Virus record (IMG/VR): IMGVR_UViG_3300010011_000013
Span: 1-32,432 of that record
Reading direction: 5' to 3' (one strand)
DNA: 32,432 bases
Source: a virus
Lineage: Duplodnaviria; Caudoviricetes
Shown piece after piece: positions 25,676 through 32,432 of the stretch. A model generated the notes under the pieces. That model made no database searches, was not told where the DNA came from, and saw only the letters and a list, made by a program, of their open reading frames with translations. Made by a program: the position numbers and the translations under genes. Position 1 is the first letter of the stretch. Each line of letters opens with the position of its first letter.

Positions 25676-26108
25676 CCTCTCCCACCCCCTCGTCTTCATC
25701 TATTAGCCCTAGAGCGCGGTTCTCATCCTCAATAGCCGAAAGATACGCCCCTTCGATGCGCCGGATGTCGTCGATGTTCTCAAATACTGAATTCCGCAGG
25801 ATGCTCCGCTTCGGCTGGTTTCTGGTGCCTAGTTCTTGGTCGACGCCATACCAGGTATCGTGCTTGAGGCCGACCTGGAGGTCTGTTTCTTTCTTGCGTA
25901 CCCAATACTGCAACGCGTGAGGCGGGCGCTTGCCTCTTCGGAGACCTCGCAGTTTCCTCATCTTGTCGAGACCCCGCCTCCGCACCAGCTTCCCGACGTC
26001 CTTCAGGGCTGCCCTGGTGAGCTCCGAGAGGAGATATTGGCAGCGATCCACCTTCGAGATGAACTCGACTCCATGCTTGGTTATCCTGACGGCGGGAGGG
26101 ATTGGCAT
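25656..26108 (-). CDS. HK97 gp10-like neck/tail protein
   Basis: WYG..QELGT..QP motif; synteny. Confidence 0.8.
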   Translation of the reverse strand: MPIPPAVRITKHGVEFISKVDRCQYLLSELTRAALKDVGKLVRRRGLDKMRKLRGLRRGKRPPHALQYWVRKKETDLQVGLKHDTWYGVDQELGTRNQPKRSILRNSVFENIDDIRRIEGAYLSAIEDENRALGLIDEDEGVGEDEPEGA

Positions 26109-26132
26109 GGTCTAGATCCCCCCTCTACTGCC

Positions 26133-26438
26133 TTAGCCATTGGCGGGCATCCTCTCGCAAGTGAGTTCTATCTCCTCGTTGCCGGTCGCATAGGTCCTCA
26201 CCACAGAGTAGACCGCCCCCTCATACTCCACCTTGCGCTCGCCGTTGTACTCGCAGCGGTGGATGACCAGCACCAGTTCAGGCCTGAGTCCTGCCATGGC
26301 CGCTTGGTAGAACTCGATGCGGGCGACGGACTTTTCAGCGCATAGGACCGCGGTGCGCGTCACGACTGGTATCCACTCGCCGATCTCGTTTTCAACATAG
26401 GTCTCCGCTATGAGCGTCACTTCATGGTCGTAGGTCAC
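26133..26438 (-). CDS. Head closure / head-tail adaptor
   Basis: SV.R.EFYQA..AGLRPE, EY.GE..VEY.G..Y.V.RTY; GTG 26438. Confidence 0.85.
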   Translation of the reverse strand: MTYDHEVTLIAETYVENEIGEWIPVVTRTAVLCAEKSVARIEFYQAAMAGLRPELVLVIHRCEYNGERKVEYEGAVYSVVRTYATGNEEIELTCERMPANG

Positions 26439-26878
26439 GGCGTCACCACCTGCCATTGACCGCCAACGAGGTCGACCTGAGTCCATACGTCATCTAGATA
26501 CATCTGCTTCGTGCCGTCTGGCAGGATGTACACGGTATAGGCCACGGGTGTCGCAGGCAGCTCACTCACTGTCAGGACAGCGTCAACTCTGATGTTAGCC
26601 GCCCCAACATGGACCATGAGGTTGTGCAGCCTATACTGCAAGTGCCTGGGCATGGAGAGCGAGGAAGATGTGCCTTCCATGACGCTCTGATAACGCCATG
26701 TGGCGTAGTCCACCACGAACATGAGGTGATAGGGGTTAGCCCCGTCTAGGACTAACCCCTTTTCGTCCGAGAGTTCCGCGAGGATGCCGTCGACGATTGA
26801 CGTCAGGTAGGTATCTCTCACGGTCGTCTTAATGCCCAGTCGCTCCTTGACCAAGGACACGACGGTTGCGGCGTCCAT
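26435..26878 (-). CDS. Head-tail connector (gp6/gp15-like) with C-terminal extension
   Basis: K.RLGI....RD.YL, FVVDYATWRY, MPRHLQYRLHNL then about 55 extra residues. Confidence 0.85.
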   Translation of the reverse strand: MDAATVVSLVKERLGIKTTVRDTYLTSIVDGILAELSDEKGLVLDGANPYHLMFVVDYATWRYQSVMEGTSSSLSMPRHLQYRLHNLMVHVGAANIRVDAVLTVSELPATPVAYTVYILPDGTKQMYLDDVWTQVDLVGGQWQVVTP

Positions 26879-26889
26879 CATCATCACCT

Positions 26890-27177
26890 CTACGCGGTCT
26901 TGGTCACGATGACCGTGTAGACCATCTGAGTCGTGCCGTAGGTTACGGTGATCACGACGGTGTTCTCGCCCAGGTTCCAGGTCGCAGGGGTGCCGTTCTC
27001 ATGGGGTGCTCCGTTGACCGTGATCGAAATCATCGCTCCCGGCTTGGCCGCAGTAGCGGTGATTGTGTTGGTGGCGTTGGTTGTCTCGGCTGTGTAGCTC
27101 GTCGCCGACGGGTCAAACTCCGGAGAGAGCGTTAGCGAGCCTAGCGTCAGCCCCGCTAGACTCGCATCTAAGGGTTT
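26890..27177 (-). CDS. Cadherin-like/Ig-like capsid extension reached by -1 frameshift
   Basis: Open frame with no start codon/RBS at its 5' end: PLDASLAGLTLGSLTLSPEFDPSATSYTAETTNATNTITAT...YTVIVTKTA; slippery AAACCCT directly before capsid TAG. Confidence 0.8.
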   Translation of the reverse strand, partial: KPLDASLAGLTLGSLTLSPEFDPSATSYTAETTNATNTITATAAKPGAMISITVNGAPHENGTPATWNLGENTVVITVTYGTTQMVYTVIVTKTA

Positions 27178-28562
27178 GCCGCGTCAGGCGCGAAGGCGAC
27201 CGAAGTCGTGGGCGCGGTGTTGGCTATGTTGACGATGACGAAAGCCTCGCCGAAGACCGGCATACCGTCGTAGCGAGCAGTACCTTTGAATACAGTCTGA
27301 TCTTCGATGAACTTGACATGCTCGGAGGCCGCGAGGCTGGCGCCGGCCCTCTCGGCCAGGAGGTACAGCGAGCCGTAGCCGCCTATGATGTCATTGTCCG
27401 GGATGAACGGAAGTTCCACGATGTCTCCGCCCTCTATCGGCATGGTGTTGTTCACGCCAGCCACGAGAGCGCCCGAAGCGTTGAACGTGACGGCCCGGGA
27501 GAGTATCTCCATCCTCGTCTTGCGGTTCATAGCCCAGAAGGTCCCGCCTCTGGCGTAGTTCGGCCTCGCGGTGCCCAGGTTCTTTATGAGAGTTGCAAAG
27601 AACTGCTCCGCGCTGAGGCCACTTGGATCAAACTTGAGCAGGTTGCTCACGCTGAGGTTCGTCCAGGCGGGGGCGTTCGCGCCCCAGTCGCCGGGCTGCA
27701 CAGTCTGAGCGAGCCTGGTGGCTATACCGAGGGGCATCTTGACGCCCGTGCCGTAGAGTATGGCCTTATCAACGCCCAGGCCGATAGCCTGCCCGATGGC
27801 GTCCAGGATTTCGGCGGCAAGATTGAGGTCGCTGTCCTGGAGAGTCGGGTTGGGCAGGGCGATGTAGCCGCCGACCTTGTACCCGTCAACCTCAACCTGA
27901 TTGAACGTGAGCGCAAGTTCGTTCAACTTGCCGACCGCCTCAGTCCAGATGCCCTCCGGCACAGCGCCCATAATGTTCTGCCGGGCCTTGCCGCCCACGG
28001 TTCTCACGTTGACCTTTGAGACGAGTTTGCTGTACCTATACAGGTTGTCCCGCAGAAGGTCAAGCATGACCTCCGGGATGGTGAGCTCGGCGCCCGTTAC
28101 GGCGCGTTTCTCGCTGGCGAGGCTGCGGACGCGGGTCAGGAATTCCTTCACGTCATCCCTGGCCACAAACGCATTCCGCTGCTCGATGGTCCAGTCACGG
28201 AAGAAACCTCTCTTCATGCGTATATCTCCTCCTTGAATCAGTTTTCCTCTGTCCTCCGCTCGGGGTTCGGGAATCGGGTTGCTGGTATCAGGGGCCTTGG
28301 TGTTAAGCTGCTCGATCTCCCCCTCAAGGGCCGCTATCTCGCCTTCGAGTTTCGATTTCTTCTCGGCTATACTGGTCTTTTCGGCCTCGACCTTCTTGAC
28401 CTCTTCCTCGACGACCGACAACTCCTCGTCGGTCTTGGCCTCGTCTATCGAGCCCTCCAAGGCCTGCGAGCGCTCCTGCAGTTTCTTCTCGTCCTCGGCC
28501 AGCGCCGCAAGAGCCTCCTTACGCTGGTCGATTTTCTTCCGGAGCATCAGGATCTTTAGCAC
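27168..28562 (-). CDS. HK97-fold major capsid protein with N-terminal scaffolding (delta) domain
   Basis: Coiled-coil N-terminus, TIPE, W..E, AILYGTG..MPLGI, RYDG.P. Confidence 0.93.
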   Translation of the reverse strand: MLKILMLRKKIDQRKEALAALAEDEKKLQERSQALEGSIDEAKTDEELSVVEEEVKKVEAEKTSIAEKKSKLEGEIAALEGEIEQLNTKAPDTSNPIPEPRAEDRGKLIQGGDIRMKRGFFRDWTIEQRNAFVARDDVKEFLTRVRSLASEKRAVTGAELTIPEVMLDLLRDNLYRYSKLVSKVNVRTVGGKARQNIMGAVPEGIWTEAVGKLNELALTFNQVEVDGYKVGGYIALPNPTLQDSDLNLAAEILDAIGQAIGLGVDKAILYGTGVKMPLGIATRLAQTVQPGDWGANAPAWTNLSVSNLLKFDPSGLSAEQFFATLIKNLGTARPNYARGGTFWAMNRKTRMEILSRAVTFNASGALVAGVNNTMPIEGGDIVELPFIPDNDIIGGYGSLYLLAERAGASLAASEHVKFIEDQTVFKGTARYDGMPVFGEAFVIVNIANTAPTTSVAFAPDAANP

Positions 28563-28563
28563 G

Positions 28564-29136
28564 CTATCTTAACCTCCCTTTCAGAGCGTTTTTCCTCTGC
28601 TCAAGTTGCCGTTGCCTGTGCTGCTCAAACTCTGCCTTGCGGGCCTGCACTCCGGTGTCCTCATAGGCGGGGAACGTCGCAATGCTTACCTCCCACAACT
28701 TCACCTCCTCCAAAGTCCACTTGACCGTCCCATCTTCCCGCCAGTCTGTGGTCTCCCGCAGGATGTCGAAGCCGAAGGAGCATTGGTTCACGTCGCCTCT
28801 CTGTACCCGGGCATACAGGTTCATGGCGTCGGAGTCTTCGCGGTTTATCTTGATGCGGCCCCAAAGGCCCCGGGTGTCAGTCTTGAGTTCCAGAGTCCCA
28901 GCCTTCGTGCGTCCAAGGACCAACGTGCTGTCGTGATTGATGAGTGCCCGAATGTCGCCGCTCAAGGTGCTGTCAAAGGCGGTAGGCGCTATCTCCTCAT
29001 AAGCCCCGGGCCACAGCTCCGCTTCCTGCCCGAAGACGGCGAAATACCCTTCGATGTAGAGGTCTTGCCCTTCATCCTCGGCTCTGGTGGTAAGTTCCGA
29101 CGTAAGGGTTCTGACCTGCCGCTTGTCCCTATTCAT
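28564..29136 (-). CDS. HK97-family prohead protease
   Basis: [33 protein letters not shown]. Confidence 0.93.
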   Translation of the reverse strand: MNRDKRQVRTLTSELTTRAEDEGQDLYIEGYFAVFGQEAELWPGAYEEIAPTAFDSTLSGDIRALINHDSTLVLGRTKAGTLELKTDTRGLWGRIKINREDSDAMNLYARVQRGDVNQCSFGFDILRETTDWREDGTVKWTLEEVKLWEVSIATFPAYEDTGVQARKAEFEQHRQRQLEQRKNALKGRLR

Positions 29137-30313
29137 CCTCATCACCTCCGTTGGGCTTGAGTTTCGCCTGGTCGCCTATCATGCCGCGCGGGATGTAGTT
29201 CTCGAGGATGACGAGGTCGTCAAGCGCTTCCCTCGGCGACATGCCCATCCAGTCGCGGACCTCGTTGCCGCTCATGATGCCGCGGACGTACATATTGGCC
29301 CCGACCTCGGAGAGCTCTTTGAGGTCGTAAGCGTAGAGGGCTCGCGGGTTGAACCTGAAGTACCAGTTCGGGCTCAGCAGGAGCTTTTTGGTCAGCTCCT
29401 GCTCGATGCCCCGCGCTATCGGCATGAGAGTTGAGCGGATGAAGTTGTTGAACTCGTCTTTCTTAAACTCACCCACGCCCAGAAGGAAGGGTGGCACACC
29501 GAAGATACCAGCCACGGTACGCTTGTCCAACTGCACAGCGTCATTGAGCGCCAAGTCCTGCAGCGTAAGGGGCCTTACCTGTTCAACCTTGACCAGTTCA
29601 GCGGGTATTACCCAGGGCTGCCCACCCTCCGTCTCGTCGACATACTTCCTGAGTATTGCCTTGCGCCCTTCCGGACTGGCTAATTCCTCTGTCATGGCGT
29701 CCACGGAGACGATGAGCGGCGGCTTCCACTTGTCCGACAGGAAGCCTTTCTTGGTCTTGGCAGCCTGGCGGAGGTTCTCGACAAGGTCTTTCAGCACTAC
29801 CTGATAGCCCCTGCCTATCCAGGGTCGCTCCGGGTCCGGGTTGATGATGAAATGCAGGATTTCATCGGCGGCGTACGACTTGCCCTGATACATCACCACA
29901 TAACTACCGGGCGTATCAACGAACGACACACCCGACGGCTTGAGCGGTACAAGATCGCTAAGCAGTCCGTCTTCTGTGAACTTTGGATAGACCACGCTAT
30001 TGCCTTTGCCGTCAAGAAGCATCGTGTAGACTATCCAGTACACCCATGCTTTACGGGTCATCAGACTGTAGGGGTTGATGTCGACCTTGCGCGAGAGCTC
30101 ATTCTTCACCCGTACATCGCCGTTCTCCGTGTTCTCCATGAGGTAGATGGTCATGGAGGAGATGAGGTCCGCTATCCTGTGCGCGGCCGTGCGGACCTCA
30201 GGGTTGTCGCTCAAGCGAGTGTAGCCCGAGACGCAGAGTGTGTCGTAAGCGTCGCTCGACAAGAGCCAAGTCCTCGTCTGCCGCTTGCGCCTGAGTCGGT
30301 CGAAGAATCCCAC
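29129..30313 (-). CDS. HK97-family portal protein
   Basis: [31 protein letters not shown]; GTG 30313 with AGGTGGTGA RBS. Confidence 0.93.
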   Translation of the reverse strand: MGFFDRLRRKRQTRTWLLSSDAYDTLCVSGYTRLSDNPEVRTAAHRIADLISSMTIYLMENTENGDVRVKNELSRKVDINPYSLMTRKAWVYWIVYTMLLDGKGNSVVYPKFTEDGLLSDLVPLKPSGVSFVDTPGSYVVMYQGKSYAADEILHFIINPDPERPWIGRGYQVVLKDLVENLRQAAKTKKGFLSDKWKPPLIVSVDAMTEELASPEGRKAILRKYVDETEGGQPWVIPAELVKVEQVRPLTLQDLALNDAVQLDKRTVAGIFGVPPFLLGVGEFKKDEFNNFIRSTLMPIARGIEQELTKKLLLSPNWYFRFNPRALYAYDLKELSEVGANMYVRGIMSGNEVRDWMGMSPREALDDLVILENYIPRGMIGDQAKLKPNGGDEDE

Positions 30314-30324
30314 TTTCTCACCAC

Positions 30325-32043
30325 CTAACTCTTGAGCCATTCATTAGCCTTACTGGACTTCTCTAGGTTCTCAAGCATCTGGATCGCGGCGAACACAGAG
30401 GCGTCAAATAGGTCGATCCGCATTTCGGGCATAACCTTCTGGTACTGGATCATGTCGTCGGTCTTCTCAATACCCTGGACGTTCTGGACGCAGTACTCGA
30501 ACGCCTGGCTGTGCAGGTAGTAAAACTTGCCGTCTTTGGCCATTTTCTCGATGCGTCGGAACCCTTCCGACTTCCTGTAGAAGTACTGCGGCTGGTCGAC
30601 CACCTGGAAACCAGCCTTCTTCATGGCGAGAACGAATTCACGGCTGAACTTCCGGTCGAATCCCACCTGCTTAATGCGAAATCCCATGGCCCGCATCTTC
30701 TTAAACCAGTTCACGATGTCGGAGATGTTGACTGTCGGCGTGTTGCACATGTCAAGCCAGCCGTCATCTTTCCAGCCGAAGAGCGGTATATTGTCCTCCT
30801 CGGCCTTGCGGGTGGCCGCCACTATCGGGAACCAGGCGTGGGTAATCGCTATGTCCACGCCCTGGTAGTTGCCGTAGAGGCAAGAGGCCGTAAGGTCGTG
30901 CATCTTGGACAGGTCTGCGCCGCCAAACCAGTCAATGGGCAGTTTCGCCAGTTCATCCAGCGTCCAGGTGTACCTGCGATCCGAGGCCTTGAACTCCTCG
31001 ATGTTGAAGTACGCCTTCATCGCCGCGGTGTACACGTTGAGCGACTTTGCCAGGAAGTCTTTGCGCTGCTGCGGGTCGTTCTGCGCTTGCAGCGCGTCGT
31101 TCATGATGTCCTCTGGTCGAATTGTCACGCCATAGTTCGGATTCGCCTTCTCGTGTTCTACGGGGTTGGTGTAGTCCACATCCCCGTTCTCGTCTTGGTC
31201 CGCCTTGCAGATGAAAATGAAGTAGGCTTCGTCCGTGACTGTCTTGTCCAGTATCTTTTTGCAGTATTGCAGGCGGTTGTAGCAAAAGGAATTCATCTCG
31301 TCACCGGCCGTGGTAATGCCGATGCAGAGTTTGTTAGTGTATGCCTTGCCAGCCTCTTTAATGACGTTGTACTGCTTAGGTGTCTTGTAGGCGTGGAGTT
31401 CGTCGAGGATTTGAATGTTACTGTTCAGCGAGTCCTGCTTGTCAGGGTTGGCTGCAAGGGCCTCGATGTAGATGCTCCCGTCGGCGAGCTCGCCGCTTAT
31501 GCTATGCTCCTGGTTGTTGTCCAGGATGCGGAATGACCCTTCTTCGCCGAGTTCTTTGACGTTGTAATGGATAAACCCGAACGACTGTAACGCCTGCCTC
31601 AGAGCGGCCGCCACGATGTAGATTTTGCTCCCAGATGCCCTCTCCAGAATGCCGAGAGCCCAAGCCAAGGCTGCGGCGAAACTGGTCTTGCCGTTCTTCC
31701 TGGGCACATAGATGAATGCCTCTTTGAACCGCCGGATCTTTGTGCCCTCGTAGTAGAACCCAAGAAGGTTGTAGACGATGAACTTCTGCCAGGGCTGTAG
31801 GAGGAATGGCTTACCCCGCAATGGCGAGCCGTCCAGCGCTTCACCCTGTTTATGGACGAAGGTGCGCTCGATGAGTCCGATAACCAACTCTGCGTCGCGG
31901 GGCCTGAACTCATAAGTCGGGTTCTCTAGGTCATCGAGAAACCTCCGGCAGACCTGTATCTGTTCTTTGCAGGCGACCTTGCGACCTTCGACAATTGAGC
32001 GGGCATACTCAAGGACCAGGTCATAGTTTGGGGGCTTTTTCAC
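30325..32043 (-). CDS. terL: Terminase large subunit
   Basis: LQPWQ, PRKNGKT Walker A, ILDELH Walker B, ITTAG, KANPN, GADLS..DLT, RID..DA. Confidence 0.96.
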   Translation of the reverse strand: MKKPPNYDLVLEYARSIVEGRKVACKEQIQVCRRFLDDLENPTYEFRPRDAELVIGLIERTFVHKQGEALDGSPLRGKPFLLQPWQKFIVYNLLGFYYEGTKIRRFKEAFIYVPRKNGKTSFAAALAWALGILERASGSKIYIVAAALRQALQSFGFIHYNVKELGEEGSFRILDNNQEHSISGELADGSIYIEALAANPDKQDSLNSNIQILDELHAYKTPKQYNVIKEAGKAYTNKLCIGITTAGDEMNSFCYNRLQYCKKILDKTVTDEAYFIFICKADQDENGDVDYTNPVEHEKANPNYGVTIRPEDIMNDALQAQNDPQQRKDFLAKSLNVYTAAMKAYFNIEEFKASDRRYTWTLDELAKLPIDWFGGADLSKMHDLTASCLYGNYQGVDIAITHAWFPIVAATRKAEEDNIPLFGWKDDGWLDMCNTPTVNISDIVNWFKKMRAMGFRIKQVGFDRKFSREFVLAMKKAGFQVVDQPQYFYRKSEGFRRIEKMAKDGKFYYLHSQAFEYCVQNVQGIEKTDDMIQYQKVMPEMRIDLFDASVFAAIQMLENLEKSSKANEWLKS

Positions 32044-32381
32044 TTCAGGTCACTCAGCACCTGAGCCAGTTTGGATTCCTTACCCTTGTCGATGGTCACG
32101 CTTTCAATCGCCTTGGGGTTTAGACAGAGCCGATCCGAGTATGCCAAAATGTCCTTACGGAGGTTTTCGAGGGTTGCGACAATCGGCGACTTTTTGACGC
32201 CGCCCTGACCGGTCTCGACTTCGCATTGATAGCCCCCGCGCTGGAACGAGTCGGTGAGGACGGTGTACTGTTCCACTAGTTCGGCGTATATATCAATCAG
32301 GCGGTTATACTGGGGTTTGTATACGCCGAGGGCCTTCATATCGGCTATCGTGCGCCGCTTGATGGTCTCCTTCTTCGCCAC
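32040..32381 (-). CDS. terS: Terminase small subunit (P27-like)
   Basis: KSP.V..LE.LRKDIL.YSD.L.LNPK; directly upstream of terL; GGAGG RBS. Confidence 0.9.
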   Translation of the reverse strand: MAKKETIKRRTIADMKALGVYKPQYNRLIDIYAELVEQYTVLTDSFQRGGYQCEVETGQGGVKKSPIVATLENLRKDILAYSDRLCLNPKAIESVTIDKGKESKLAQVLSDLK

Positions 32382-32432
32382 ACCTCCTCACCTCCCAAAA
32401 ATCTTTGCCGCAGTCGCTCTATTGGAAAGGGG

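Larger units (their letters stand above)
1..32432. mobile_element. Temperate siphophage genome, near-complete, non-integrated form
   Basis: Full head-tail-lysis-lysogeny-replication module set, no host genes; the two ends fall between HNH and terS, which are normally adjacent around cos. Confidence 0.95.

Overview
The window looks like an essentially complete 32.4 kb temperate, cos-type siphophage genome, probably from a high-GC Bacillota host. It is in the non-integrated form and is cut between the HNH gene (left end) and terS (right end). Most genes are on the minus strand. Reading from the right end the order is: packaging and head genes (terS, terL, portal, protease, HK97 capsid), neck and tail genes, lysis genes (two holins and a two-domain endolysin), a plus-strand lysogeny cassette (cI, a zinc-ribbon/bL12-like membrane protein, large serine integrase), then cro and early genes, a PolA-type replication module (DUF2800, DUF2815, PolA, homing endonuclease, VirE primase-helicase, iteron origin, VRR-NUC, SNF2 helicase), RinA and HNH. 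The most notable observations are: (1) an attP-like site with a CCACCA core inside the integrase ORF; (2) a lysogeny-cassette protein with a ribosomal bL12 C-terminal-like domain; (3) a tail hub apparently split over two genes, each half carrying adhesin-like domains, on a very short tape measure; (4) a -1 frameshift Ig-like capsid extension and an antisense 54-aa gene, both missing from the ORF track; (5) an internal translation start in the endolysin. All family assignments come from motif recognition and gene order by eye; no database searches were run.
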